From Squalus acanthias (Eukaryota), in NCBI GenBank assembly GCA_030390025.1, contig CM059426.1, positions 176,328,001 through 176,392,000 on the forward strand: DNA of 64,000 nucleotides. The letters run 5' to 3'. The translations under genes were made by a program, and so were the position numbers. The notes beneath the pieces are model-generated. The model saw only the letters and a list, made by a program, of their open reading frames with translations. It had not been told where the DNA came from and did no database searches. Below, piece by piece: positions 12,905-26,831 of this stretch (position 1 is the first letter of the stretch; every line of letters starts with the position of its first letter).

Positions 12905-13025
12905 TATTCCCTTTGTAGTGCACTGGAGTGTCAGCCTCGATTGTGGACTTGAGTCTTAGAGTGGGCCTTGAACCCACAACCTCTGACTAAGAGGCAAGAG
13001 TGCGACCAACTGAGGCAAGCTGATA
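12905..13025 (-). mobile_element. tRNA-derived SINE 5' fragment (same family as 41943-42375)
   Basis: Reverse complement contains A-box-like TTGCCTCAGTTGG and B-box GGTTCAAGGCC; similar to the head of the 41943 copy. Confidence 0.65.
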
Positions 13026-13259
13026 ATTATTAGCCTGAAAAATTTGCTTTCTGTGTAACTCTTTCAGTTTGATTCTGAAAAACTCAAAAATATTTCCAAA
13101 TTAATATTCGTGAAAGAACTGTGTAATCCCATAGGTTATGGATTGTATAATAATGTGTTGGGAAGCAAGGAGATCATTCTGTATATTTGAAAGATGTGAT
13201 TCCATCAGATTAGATAAGCCATTCATAACAGGTTTGTAAATATTATCCTTAAAATGTGA

Positions 13260-13424
<165 letters not shown>

Positions 13425-14659
13425 TAGTGACAGAATTAAGAATAGTAAGATAATCACTGATGTTTTGCAGAGAATAATCGTAGTGACCTTGTAAAGTGCA
13501 AGAGATTGTGTTGCAGTTTCAACCATCTGCTGGTATTTTTTTTCCTACTTTTTGCCTCATTCTTTCCATTCATGAGCATTGTTGTGTGAGATTGTACTTC
13601 CCAGTGTTGAATTTGGCCTATCTTTTATTGCAGTCAATTTTGTCATTAGCATTCATATTTTCTACACCAAGTTTTACTCTGCAAGTACGTCTCTTTAGTT
13701 GCTGTGGCTGAATTATGTATCTTTTTCTAAGAAGATATATTGTCCTTCATTGTTCCTATTCCCTTTCCCGTCTTCCTTGTGGGCTCCCTGAGCCAAGTAC
13801 CTTCTGTGGTAGAGTAGGCAGGAGTTGACCTCAAACTTCTAGGGCAGAAGCTTGGAGGTTTGTGAGAACAGCCTGGTGGCGACTCTCCCTTCTTTCCCCT
13901 CTGCAATCCACATTCGAAAGTTACCAGCTTCTGCTTGGTTCCTCCACATAATGATGTGACCGAGATCGAGTACTCCGAGCATTGGGGAATTAAGCTTGAG
14001 CATTTGTGCTTCAGTGCATTGTACTGCCAATGAACACCCATGGCTCTAGGTTCACAGGAAGATGTCTTTTTTGTTAATGTGACTATTGTGCAATAGCTTT
14101 TATTAAAAGGAATGGAAAGAAATATATTACCAGGATTTTCATTAACTGGTGTATATCTGATACTGTGAAACACTGTAAATTGTTGGTGGTGGTGAAGGGA
14201 ATGGTGAAAAAGTTATCATCTGTCACCTATTATAATATATCCAGGTTCCATGTTACTTATTACTTTTTTATCCTTGTTGGTCAATATTCGGTAGCCTCCT
14301 GTTGAGTAGATCCGTGATCTTGAGGCATGTGTTACACAAGGTAATGAATCTTGCTTTAAGTCATTCCTCGGTGTCCCATTGACTTTCAGAATCCTCTCTG
14401 CTTTGTTTTTCTAGTTCATGGCACCACAGAACTCCTTGACTGAATTGCATCTTTGTAAATCATTGCAAGCTGTTCTTCTGTATACAATATATTGTAGAGT
14501 CGAAATTGTTGTGATGAAAGATCTGGATAGTATTTAGTACTGAAACTGTCCCTCTTTCAAACATTACCATTATTTCCATCCTATTTCCTGCCAGTCTTCT
14601 CTCCTCCACTCTTGAGGTGCAATTCAGTAGATGCCAGTTATTTTTGATACCTCACTCAA

Positions 14660-15810
14660 GTCATAGAGTCATAACGGCACAGAAGGAGGCCATTTGGCCC
14701 ATCGAGTCCATGCCGGCTCTCTGTAGAGCAATCCAGTCAGTCCCATTCCCCCGCTCTATCCCCGTAGCCCTGCAAGTTTATTTCCCTCAAGTGCCTATCC
14801 AGTCTCCCCTTGAAAACATTGAGTGTCTCCGTTTCCACCACTTACATCGGCAGCGAGTTCCAGGTCCTCAACACTCGCTGTGTTAAAAAAGTTTTTCCTC
14901 ACATCCCCCCTGTATCTCTTGCCCAAAACCTTAAATCTGTGTTCCCTAGTCCTTGTACCATCAACTAGTGGGAACAGCCTTTTCCCGTCTAGCCTATCCA
15001 AACCCGTCATAATTTTGTACACCTCCATCAAATCACCCCTCAACCTCTTTTGCTCAAATGAAAACAAATCCAGCTTCTCCAACCTGTCCTTGTAGCTAAG
15101 ATCCCCCATCCCCAGAACCATTCTGGTAAATCTCCTCTGCACCCTCTCAAGGGCCTTCACATCTTTCCTAAAGTGTGGTGACCAGAACTGGACGCAGTAC
15201 TCCAGTTGTGGCCTAACCAGCGCTTTATAAAGGTTCAGCATAACTTCTCTACTTTTGTACTCAATACCTCTATTTATCAAACCCAAGATCCCATATGCTT
15301 TGCTAACCACTCTCTCAATATGTCCTGCCACCTTCAGGGACCTATGCACATTAACTCCCAGGTCCCTCTGTCCCTGCACACTCTTTAAAACTGTGCCATT
15401 AAGTGTATATTGCCTCTCCCTGTTCCTTCTGCCAAAATGCATCACCTCACACTTCTCTGTATTAAATTCCATCTGCCACTTGTCTGCCTATTCTGCTAGC
15501 CTTTCAAAGTCCTGCTGCTGTCGATTGGTATCATCCTCACTGTTTACCACACCCCCAAGTTTGGTGTCATTGGCAAATTTAGAAATTCTACTCTGTATTC
15601 CAATATCCAGGTCATTTATATATATCAAAAAAAATAGTGGCCCCAGCACTGACCCTTGGGGAACACCTTCATCCAGTCTGAAAAACAGTCATTTACTACA
15701 ACTCACTGTTTTCTATCCTTAAGCCAATTCCTTATCCAAGCTGTCACTGACCCATCTATTCCATGAGCCTCAATTTTGTTAACCAGCCTTCTATGTGGTA
15801 CTTTGTCAAA
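14660..15810 (-). mobile_element. CR1 LINE 3' fragment
   Basis: ORF 14795-15472 (FNTEKCEVMHFG, LVRPQLEYCVQFWSP, RRLRGDL-like). Confidence 0.9.
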
Positions 15811-16065
15811 CAAAGGGCACAAAGGATTGGGAGAGACGGAAAGCACTAAAATAAGAATAGTAATGTATTAGGTGGGGTCAGATTAAGAGAGAACACAGGA
15901 TGGTCTAAGATAGGTTTACAGTGTATGTATGTGAACGCACAAAGCATAGTAAACAAGGTTGGTGAGCTACAGGCACAGATAGCCACATGGGAATATGATG
16001 TGGCAATAACTGAGACCTGGCTCAAAAAAGGGCAGGATTGGGTACTAAATATTTCTGGATATAAG

Positions 16066-16655
16066 GGCCGGAATTGTGCTGGCGCTCGGAGGAGGTCCAC
16101 TGTCAACTGTCAACCCACCTCCATGTCAGTAACGTTTCGTGATCTATTGAGATCATTGAAAGGTTTGTGCTACTGCAGCCTGGTCCTCCTGGCGACATCC
16201 CTGCTTGTGTCCTCCTGTGCAATGTGCAACCAGGCTGCGTTGATCTCCTGGGGAGGTCTCTTCTGCCCATTGGAAGGGAAGAGAACCTCCCTGCGTTCTG
16301 TGACTTCCTCCATAAGCATATGGAGGGAGTCATGGGAGAGCCTGGGTGCAGCCGTGCACCTTTGTGCAGTGCTTGTCAGTGTTTGCAGCACCTCAGTGCT
16401 GTAGAACACTGATAGCACAACTGTCAAAATGAATGTGGACATGATCCCTTTAAGGAAACTGGCTGCTGATGCGTCATCAAATGACGTCATCAGACCCGCT
16501 TCCCTTTAATTGGCTGGGAACCTCGCAGGGCGGGCTTAACAAGCCCAATCAACAGTAAATTCTTCTCACAGAGTGGGATGGAGCCGGGAGCGGGGTCCCA
16601 ACCTGCCACCTACCTCAGCTGCATTGAGCCCACCTCAGTAGGCGAAATCGTGGCC
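16066..16655 (-). mobile_element. Harbinger deletion derivative carrying a degraded Myb/SANT first exon
   Basis: Termini GGCCGGAATT / rc GGCCACGATT, TSD AAG (16063-65, 16656-58) within a CR1; peptide APRLSHDSLHMLMEEVTERREVLFPSNGQKRPP..AAWLHIAQE resembles 59868-60107. Confidence 0.8.
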
Positions 16656-16928
16656 AAGGGATTCAGGAAAGATAGTCAAGGACAGAAATCTATATTGGTA
16701 GAGTTAAGAAATAATAGAGGTGCCATTACACTATTAGGTGTATTCTATAGGCCACCAACTAGTGGGAAAAATATGGAGGAGCAGATTTGCAGAGAAATTA
16801 CAGAGAGATGCAAGAACTATAGAGTAGTGTTAATGGGGGACTTCAACTATCCTAATATAGACTAGGATAGTAATAGTGTAAAGGGCAGAGAGGAGGAAGA
16901 ATTTCTGAAGTGTGTTCAGGAGAACTTT

Positions 16929-19900
16929 AAGAACATAAGAAATAGGAGCAGGAGTAGGCCATTCGGCCCTTCGAGCCTGCTCCGCCATTCAGTGCGATCA
17001 TGGCTGATCTTCTGCCTCAACTCCATTCACCGGCCCTATCGCCATATCCCTTGATGCCCTTACTAGTCAGAAATCGATCGACTTCTGTTTGAATATACCC
17101 AATGATTGAGCCTCCACAGTCCTCTGGGGTAGAGAATTCCAAAGATTCACCACCCTCTGTGTGAAGAAATTTCTTCTCATCTCAGTCCTGAATGGCCTAC
17201 CCTTTATCTTGAGGCTGTGGCCCCTGGTTCTAGAATCCCCAGCCAAGGGAAACATTCTCCCAGCATCCATCCTATCAAGTCCTGTAATAATTTTGAATGC
17301 TTCATTCTTCTGAATTCAAGAGAATACAGGCCTAGTTTACTCACTCTCTTCTCATACGACATTCCCGCCATCCCAGGAATCGTGAACCTTCGTTGCACTC
17401 CCTCTATGGCAAGTATATCCTTCCTTAGGTAAGGAGACCAAAATTGTACACAGTACTCCAGGTGTGGTCTCACCAAGGCCCTATATAATTGGAGTAAGAC
17501 TTCTTTACTCCTCTACTCAAATCCTCTTGTAATGAAGGCCAGCATACCATTTGCCTTCCTAATGGCTTGCTGCACTTGCACATTCACGTTGTGACTCATG
17601 TACAAGGACACCCAGGTCCCTTTGAGCATCTGCATTCTCCAATCTTTCACCGTTTAGGAAATACTCTGCCTTTCTGTTTTTTCTACCAAAGTGTATAACT
17701 TCACATTTATCCACATTATATTCCATCTGCCATGTTCTCGCCCACTCACCTGAGCCTGTCGAGATCCCCTTGAAACCTCTTCACATCCTCTTTGCAACTG
17801 ACACTGCCACCTAGCTTTGTATCATCAGCAAATTTGGAAATGTTACATTTAGTCCCCTCATCCAAATCATTGATATAGATTGTGAATAGCTGGGGCCCAA
17901 GCACCGATCTTTGCGGTACCCCACTAGTCACAGCCTGCCATCCTGAAAAAGGCCTGTTTATCCCTACTCTTTGTTTTCTGTCTGTTAACCAGTTCTCAAT
18001 CCATGCTAGTATATTACCCCCAATTCCATGTGCCCTAATTTTGTTCACCAACGTCTTGTGTGGGACCTTATCGAAGGCGTTCTGAAAATCCAGATACACC
18101 ACATCTACCGGTTCCCCTTTGTCTACTCCACTAGTTACATCCTCAAAGAACTCCCAATAGGTTTGTCAAACAGGATTTCCCTTTCATAAATCCACGTTGA
18201 CTCTGCCCAATCTTGCTATTAGTTTCTAAGTGCCCAGTTATTGCATCCTTTATAATAGATTCCAGCATTTTCTCAACTACTGATGTGAGGCTAACAGGTC
18301 TGTAGTTCCCCGTTTTCTCTCTCCCTCCTTTCTTAAATAGCGGGGTTACATTTGCTATCCTCCAATTTGTAGGAACTGTTCCAGAATCTATAGAATTTTG
18401 GAAGATGACAACCAGTGCGTCCACTATTCCAATGGCCAGCTCTTTCAAAACCCTAGGATGTAGGTCATCCGGTCCTTGGGATTTATCGACTTTTAGTCCC
18501 ATTAATTTTGCTAGTACTGTTTCTTTACTAATAATTTCTTTAAGTTCCTCATTCTCGTCACACACTTGGTTTTCTCGTATTTCTGGGAGGTTTTTTGTGT
18601 CTTCCTCCGTGAAGACAGAAACAAGGTATTTAATTTCTCTATCATTTCCTCATTCCCCATTATAAATTCTCCCGTCTCTGACTGTAAAGGACCTACATTT
18701 ACCTTCGCCAGTCTTTTCCTTTTCACATACCTATAGAAGCTTTTACAATCTGTTTTTATATTTTTCACTAGTTTGTGCTCATATTCCATTTTCCCTTTCT
18801 TTATCAATTTCTTGGTCCCCTTTGCTGATTTCTAAAAAGATCCCAATCCTCAGGCTGACCGCTTTTTCTGGCAACTTTATAAACTTCCTCCTTTGACTTA
18901 ATACTAGCTTTAATTTCTTTTGTTAGCCATGGTTGGATCACTTTTCCTTTTGGGTTTTTATGCCCTAGAGGAATATGTTTCTTGCAAATTCTGCATTATT
19001 TCCTTGAATATTAGCCATTGTATGTCCACCTTCATACCTTTTTAGTATAGTCTCCCAGTCTACCATGGCCAACTTGTCCCTCAAACCCTTGTAGTTTCCT
19101 CTGTTTAGATTGAAGACCTTAGTATCAGATTGGACTACATCACTCTCAAACTTAATGTAAAATTCAATCATATTATGGTCACTTGTCCCTAAAGGCCCCT
19201 TTACCACAAGATTATTGATTAGCCCTTTCTCATTACACAGTACCAGATCCAGAATAGCCTGTTCCCTGGTTGGTTCCTCCAGATACTGATCCAGGAAACC
19301 ATCTCGCATGCATTCCAAGAATTCGTCCTCCACACCATTAGTGGTAATTTGATTTACCCAGTCAATATGTAGATTAAAGTCCCTCATGATTACCGTATTG
19401 CCCTTGTTACATGCACTTCTAATCTGTTGATTGACACTGTGCCCTACATTACCATTACTGTTTGGTGGCCTGTACACAACTCCCACCAATGTTTTCCGCC
19501 CTTTGCTGTTTCTTGGCTCCACCCAAACTGATTCCAGTTTTACATCACGATCTGCCAAGCCAAGATCTTTTATCTCCACCGTACCGATCTCATCCCTTAT
19601 TAACAGCGCTACGCCACCTCCTTTTCCTTTTTGTCTGTCCTTCCTAAATGTTGAGTACCCTGGAACATTCAGTTCCCAGCTTTGGTTACCCTGCAACCAT
19701 GTCTCTGTAATGGCAATTACATCATACCCATTTACTTCTATTAGTGCCATTAATTTATCCACCTTGTTGCGAATGCTACGTGCAGTTAGATAAAGTGCCT
19801 TCAACTTTGCCTGTTTAATATTTTTCTGCACTTTGACCCTCTTTACTGTTGGCCTTTGTTTCTGCTCCCTATTAGTTTTGCTGACTACTTTTCTAACTTG

Positions 19901-19936
19901 CACTTCCAGCTTTGTTTCTCTCCGTTCTGGGCCCAC
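16929..19936 (-). mobile_element. CR1 LINE with nearly complete but disrupted ORF2
   Basis: APE ORF 18965-19936, RT pieces 18143-18565, 17746-18102, 17204-17476; AAGAACATAAGAA tail. Confidence 0.92.
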
Positions 19937-21407
19937 ACTTCGGTTCCTTTAAAGAGGAAATAGTTCAGGTACAGTCGAGGTACATTCCCACTAGGGGGAA
20001 AGGTAGGGCAACTAAAATCTGAGCTCCCTGGATGACGAAAGAGATAGAGAGTAAGAAGCAGAAAATGAGCGTGTATGACAGATGTCAGGTCGAGAATACA
20101 TCTGAGAATCAGGCTAAATATAGAAAGTTCAGAGGAGAAGTGAAAAAGAAAATAAGAGGGGCAAAGAGAGGGTATGAGAATAGAATGGCAGCTAACATAA
20201 AAGGTAATCCAAAAGTCTTCTATAGGCATATAAATAGTAAACGGGTAGTAAGAGGAGGGATGGGGCCAATAAGGAGACCTACGCATAGAGGCAGAGGGTA
20301 TAGCTGAGGTAGTAAATGAGTACTTTGCATCTGTCTTCACCAAGGAAGAAGATGCTGCCCTAGACATAGTGAAGGATGAGGTAGAGGAGATACTGGATGG
20401 GATAAAAATTGATAGAGGAGGTATTAGAAAGGCTGTCTGTACTTAAAGTAGATAAGTCACCAGGACCAGATGGGATACATCCTAGGACGCTGAAGGAAGA
20501 AATCGCAGAGGTACTGGCCATAATCTTCCAATCCTCCTTAGAAACGGGGGTGGTGCCAGAGGACTGGAGAATTGCAAATGTTACACCCTTGTTCAAAAAA
20601 GGGTGTAAAGATAAACCCAGCAACTACAGGCCAGTCAGTTTAACCTCGGTAGTGGGGAAGTTTTTAGAAACAATAATCAGGGACAAAATTAACAGTCACT
20701 TGGACAAGTGTGGATTAATTAAGGAAAGCCAGCACGGATTTGTTGAAGGCAAATCGTGTTTAACCAACTTGATCGAGTTTTTTGATGAGGTAACAGAGAG
20801 GGTTGATGAGGGCAATGTGGTTGATGTGGTGTACATGGATTTCCAAAAGGCGTTCGACAAGGTGCCACTTAATAGGCTTGCCAGCAAAGTTGAAGCCCAT
20901 GGAATAAAAGGAACAGTGGCAGCATGGATACGAAATTGGCTAAGTGACAGGAAACAGAGTAGTGATGAACGGTTGTTTTTCAGACTGGAGGAAGGTATAC
21001 AGTGGTGTGCCCCAGGGGTCGGTTCTAAGACCCCCGCTTTTCTTGATATACGTTAATGACTTGGATGTGGGTGTACAGGGTGCAATTTCAAAATTTGCAG
21101 ATGACACAAAACTTGGATGTATAGTGAACAGTGAGGAGGATAGTGATAGACTTCAAGTGGACATAGACAGACTGGTGGAATGGACGGACACGTGGCAGAT
21201 GAAATTTAACACAGAAAAGTATGAAGTGATACGTTTTGATAGAAAGAATGAAGAGAGGAATATAAACTAAAGGGTACAATCTTAAAGGGGGTGCATGAAC
21301 AGAGAGACCTGGGGGTATATGTGCACAAATCGTGGAAGGTGGCAGGGCAGGTTGAGAAAGTGGTTAAAAAAGCATATGGGATCCTGGGCTTCATGAATAG
21401 AGGCATA

Positions 21408-21869
21408 GGGCTGGATTTTACCTTAGATCCGGAGGTCGAGGCGGGACTGCTGGTTTTCGGGTTCCAATCCCGCCCCCAGCGACGTCTGACGAACAAACGT
21501 TATTTTCCCTTGACTGGCCTTGTTAAGCCCGCCCTGCCGGCTTGACGGCCAATTAAGGGAAAGCCGGTGTCAGATGACGTCAGTGCATGACGATTCATCT
21601 GACGGTTTTGTTAGTGACAGGCACCATAATTTTTTGACAGATGATTTGACAGTGTTTGACAGCATTGAGCTGTTAACAGGCAGTTAATTGGCTCTAATCC
21701 CCTTCCCGCCACTAGGAGACAGGTCCCTGCACAAATCGGTGACCCGCCTCCCGGGAAGATCGTTTGGAGGTGGGTTGGGCGTGGGTTCGGGACCCGCTCC
21801 CATTTTTTACCATTTTGCCACCGGTCCTGCCTCCAAACCTGCCCCTTGAGCACCGGCAAAATCCCCCCC
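21408..21869. mobile_element. Harbinger-type MITE, 462 bp
   Basis: TIR GGGCTGGATTTTACC / rc GGGGGGGATTTTGCC; TSD ATA; removing it restores the CR1 peptide NRGIEYKS. Confidence 0.88.
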
Positions 21870-23689
21870 ATAGAGTACAAAAGCATGGAAATTATGATGA
21901 ACCTGTTTAAAACACTGGTTCGGCCTCAACTGGAGTATTGTGTCCAATTTTGGGCACCGCACTTTAGGAAGGATGTGAAGGCCTTCGAGATGGTGCAGAA
22001 AAGATTTACGAGAATGATTCCAGGGATGAGGGGCTTCAGTTATGTGGATAGACTGGAGAAGCTGGGGTTGTTCTCCTTAGAGCAGAGAAGATTGAGAGGA
22101 GATTTGATAGAGGTGTTCAAAATCATGAGGGGTCTGGACAGAACAGATAGTGAGAAACTGTTCCCATTGGTGGAAGGGTCGTGAACCAGAGGACACAGAT
22201 TTAAGGTGATTGGCAAAAGAACCAAAGGCGACATGAGGAAAATCTTTTTTACTCAACGAGTGATTAGGATCTGGAATGCAATGCCTGAAAGGGTGGTGGA
22301 GGCAGACTCAATCGTGTCTTTCAAAAGGGAGTTGGATAAGTACCTGAAGAATTTTTTTTTGCAGGGCTACGGGGAAAGGGCGGGGGAGTGGGACTAGCTG
22401 AAGTGCTCTTTGAGAGAGCTGACACGGGCCGAATGGCCGCCTTCCATGCTATAACCATTCTATGATGTAGATTAGAGCGATCATACAGTGATGACTTGTG
22501 TATTGTTGGAAAATATAGACGTTGTTTCAGTGGAGAGATGCATGGATTCAGTTATGTCTGCAAAATTGAAAATGTATTTTTGCCATTGGGAGCTTGCTGT
22601 TTTAGTGGGGTGATGCAGCTAATTTGGTGCTGCAGGATTTAAAGGCTTGCAGCAGCAACTTAAAGGAAAGGTTTATTTTTACCAGCCAAATTACAAATAT
22701 ATTTAATTTAAAATGCAAACAATGGCCACAGAAGTGCTACAGCACATCAAGCCCTCAGTTTTCACGAAACCTCCGTTAAAGTTTGGCTGGACCAAGTGTG
22801 GCAGAGAAGCGTGGCACTGTGGCACCCCAGGGCAACAACTGCACAGACAAGCAGCAGAGAGTGCTTGGAGGCGAAGGTCTTGCATGCAAATGCAGAGTGC
22901 TGTTGCTGCACAAAGAGGAGCTGGTGGGACTAGTCACCATTACCTTGCACTAATTAGCTATCCGAAGTATGCATGGGACCTAAAGTGTACTTTTCTGACT
23001 TTGCGCTTCTAATGGGAGGCTTACCCGCCGGAACCTGAGCATGCGCTGCACATGAATTTCTGACTCTAAAGTGCTGTTCTTTTTACATTACTCATTGGTA
23101 CTAAAGCAAACACTGAGGTAGAATGTTCATTCTGCTGTATGCTGTATTTCAAGGATTATCATAATGACAACATTACAATTTATTATTCTTTCTCTAAATA
23201 AGCACCAGGAAACTGCGCCAGGGCAGAGTGGCCATCATCTGTTCAGTAACTCACAGCATTCAATATCACTCACTCCTATCCTTGCAAACACCCCGCTCCC
23301 AAGATGCTGCCACTGACGCACAGTGCCCATTTACTACTCTGACTCCTGTCATAGGGGAGCACCTAGAAGAAACAATAGGTTACGGTTCAGAGCACTGAAG
23401 CCCAATTGTGTTCAGAGTGTGTTCTTGCTACAGTATTGGATAGTATATTAGCAGGTGAAAAGAATGGGAATCTTTAGCAGTTCAGTTAGTGCTTAAGGCA
23501 AATTAGGTGAAGGTGTATTTTGTCATGGCCTAGGGAAGGAGGACAGTTGATGTAGTGGATGGGGTAGTCAGGAGCAGTTCTAATCAGTTGTACAATTCTA
23601 GCAGTTGACAAAAGGGTTTTTGCAGTAGGAACTTCTGTCTCCTCCTGCTCATCTTGGTTACCTCCTTGTTGCATATAGTTGTCATCCTA

Positions 23690-24560
23690 CTCCTCCTCCT
23701 CCAGATGCTCCATAGTTATGTGTCGTTGGATTATGAAGTTGCAGATTATTGCAACAGATCACTGTGATCCTGGAGACTTTCGCTGAGTTACATGTAGCTA
23801 ATGCTTTGCTATTTCAAGGTATCTGAACCCTGCTTCAAGATTCTGTAACGTATTCTACGATGGCTGCCTGCATCTCGCTGCATCTGTGCTCGGTAGCTGT
23901 TCGAGTTCTTAAGAGTCAGGGCTCGAGGGGTCTCCGAGGAAGCATTCTTGCACTGTTTCTTGTGAATCAAATAATGAGGCCACACTAGAATGCCTTAAAA
24001 TAAAGACTGTTCTGACTGCCTGGGAAGCAGGCATTGACCTGCATTATCCCACGGTGATGAGGTGAATGTTGTGGTTCATTAATGTGAAGCTATTGTGCAC
24101 AACAGCCGTTATGGACACACGGGGGCCATCAATGATGCTCTGCACTTTGGGGAGTCCTACTATTTGGAAAAATGTTGTGCCCTCTCGTGCTGTTGACAGT
24201 TGTCCATGGGAAATACGATGCCGGAGCAAACAACTGTATTGGTCACCTGCTTGATTCATCTTTGTACTGAGGATCGATTGACTGTTGCTGATGTCCCCTG
24301 TAGCCTGTCAGAACTAGCCTGGGTGTAAAAGTTAAGTGCTGTGGTGACCTTGACAGCTGTTGGCAGTATTGTGCCTGTGGGAGAGTTTGGCTGGAGGCTG
24401 TGTCCTAGAGTAGGCTCAACTCTGCCACAGCCTCTCTCACCAATCACAGTCTACGGGGACATAGTTCCTCAGAAAACTCCAGGTTACGTGTGCCTCTGGG
24501 TATGCATTGGGTTCGCAGCCTCAGGTAATGGTGGGTGTGGGCTGACTTCCTCAGGTGCAC
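23690..24560 (-). pseudogene. Degraded PIF/Harbinger (HARBI1-like) DDE transposase
   Basis: Fragments LPTAVKVTTALNFY (HTH region), GLPKVQSIIDG (first catalytic D motif, cf. GFP.V.G.IDGTH), and a LKQ.FR.L-like stretch near 23810-23850; many stops and frameshifts. Confidence 0.7.
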
Positions 24561-24988
24561 TCTCACCTGTCTGGCATCCCTCCTGTATTCCTCTTCCTCC
24601 TCTAAATAACATAAATGTTATACGCGTTCTCACATTTAAATTGCAGCAGTTGAAAATGGCAGTGCTAAAACTCCTGACACAAATACTATGAAAATAAAGT
24701 AGGGCCAAAAAATACTGCTCTACAGTCTTCAGACAATCCAAGTGATAAAGGTCAGCTCCCTGTTAAATGTCAATTTCCTGTGTAGCAACCTTCAGTAATA
24801 AAGCATGAGAAATGAGCGTGTGAATCATGAGAAATTGCATCTGTTTTTATTTGCATTTCATTATAATATTTTCATTAAGTTCTCATCTGTTTTTGGTGAG
24901 AACGGCCTTTTCCCCTCCTTTCCCCCCAGGTTCCACTGACTGGAAGATGTTGGGCGGCACGTTCTGGGGTGGAGGTCCCGTCAACATG

Positions 24989-25681
24989 GGCCTGTATTTT
25001 CCGATCGCAGGCCTCCCGCGGGTAGAGGACTGCAATCTGGAAAAATCTGCGCCCTTACCTGAGGGCTCCCGGGACGCACACGCTTCCGCTCCTGGGCCTC
25101 TCCAAACTTGAAGTGCGCAGCGCCCACGTATCCCAGGGGCGCAGGCAGTTCGCCAATCAGAGAAGGGAATCTCCCTTCATATATTTGACAGGAAGACCTG
25201 TCAAATATATGAATGGAGATCACCCCAAAAACATTGTAAAACTTTAAATAAATTTAAAAAAAAAAATCACATTTTTAAAATGACTTGAAATTACAATAAA
25301 TTAAGTATTTTAAACAAAAATTTAATGTTTTGAAAAAAATATTAGGTTTTTTACGGGGCTAAAAATAAACTTACGTTTTTTTAAAAAGTATTTTTAAATG
25401 ATAAATCAGTGAAAAATAATTTTTTTAAACTTTTTTCAACTCTTATCCTGTGCAAGAATTGTAAGGGTTTTCTGCGGGCAGAGGGTCTCCAAAAAGCGGA
25501 ACTATCCGCCCGCAGAGGCCCTTTTCCAGGGCAGCCGGAGGATCTGTCAAGACCATTCTTGACGGATCGGAAATGCCGGTTTTCAGCGCATTCACTGTGC
25601 ATGCCTGAAACTGGCATTTCCGATGTCCCTACGGGTGGGTACACAGCGCGTACTCACCCGTAGGGATCGGAATATCTGGCC
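24989..25681. mobile_element. Harbinger-type MITE rich in internal hairpins
   Basis: TIR GGCCTGTATTTTCCGATC / rc GGCCAGATATTCCGATC; TSD ATG; AT-rich core. Confidence 0.8.
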
Positions 25682-26074
25682 ATGATCTTTGCTTGGACTT
25701 TGGTGACGTAAGCTATTGGGAAATCGTCCAATATATTTGGTTGGTTAAGTCTGGGATCTCCGCTCATGACTGTATGGTACCAAGGAAAGAAAGACCATGT
25801 TTTAAACATATCTGGCTTTTCCGTGAAAATCATTTATAGTACTTTAATTTAGTAGATATATAATAAAGTGAGGAAAATGTGCAACATTTTATTATATTCT
25901 GAGATCTTGTATAAACCAAAGAGTATCATCATGATCATTTTCTCATTCTAGAGTTGCCTTCTTTAAATTTAGAAAATATTTTATTTTGGAAGACTTTGCA
26001 TAATCCTTTTACTCTCTTATTACTCATTTTGTTATCTTAGTGTCTTTTTCACTGCGTAATATCTTAGAGATGAT

Positions 26075-26831
26075 GGCCCAGATTTTGCTGTAATAATAAC
26101 GGTGAGTCTATCGCCGCTCATCGTTATTATGAAGTAAATCGGACAGCAACTTCTGGCGTCCGCACATGCGCAGTTAAATGCAGAAATCCAGAAGTTGCTG
26201 TCAGAGATACCCTGCTCCTCCACAGGGTGCGCTGTTGCAGTCCTCACCGATAGACATGGCATTGAAATGACTGCAACAGCGTGAACTTGCTGTACTTGCC
26301 CACTAGTTCCGCACTAAAGACGGTTGGAAAAGTTCAGGTTGGTGCATTCAGGAGTAAGTGAGTTTTTAATGGCGTGATAAGTGATAATTACTGCTGAACA
26401 ACCTCTCTGCCCTGAAAAATTAATTTTACAAGTATGGCGTCTCATTCCCTCAGACGAAAATTAGTCTGGGAGATTTTATTAAAAATTTTTAAAAATTTAA
26501 ACTTTTTCTGTCTCTTTTATCTCTCTCCCTTAATTCTATCTGCATTTCCCAATCTTTATTTCACTTTCTATACATCATTTAAATCTAATTTATACTTCTT
26601 GCTTTATACTTCCTGGTTTAGACTCTGCGTGCCTCAGTGAGGATTGTTCAATCTGATTGGTTGAAGAGCCTCGCTGTTTCTTGGCCTGCTCACAGACGCC
26701 ACAAATGCCCTGTAGAGGGCGCCGCGCTGGAACAGACGCCCGATGATGGGAAGTCTGCCCTCAAAGTCTGTTAAATCTTTGTGGGCAACGTCGAGCGGCG
26801 TTCTTTCACCGCTGACTGCAAAATGCAGGCC
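26075..26831 (-). mobile_element. Harbinger-type MITE, diverged relative of 50300 and 55651 in opposite orientation
   Basis: TIR GGCCCAGATTTTGC / rc GGCCTGCATTTTGC; TSD GAT; internal blocks match the reverse complement of 50570-50810. Confidence 0.8.

Larger units (their letters stand above)
15811..22465 (+). mobile_element. CR1 LINE ORF2 (APE ~15900-16928; RT ~19945-22465), interrupted by two Harbinger elements and an opposite-strand CR1
   Basis: YVNAQSI, ITETWL, YRPP, GDFNYP; KSPGPDG, YMDFQKAFDKV, SGVPQGSVL, FADDTK; TTCTATGA-type tail. Confidence 0.85.

Noticed and set aside
12960-13025. tRNA gene
   Set aside because: Degenerate, and continues into SINE body sequence; it is a SINE head
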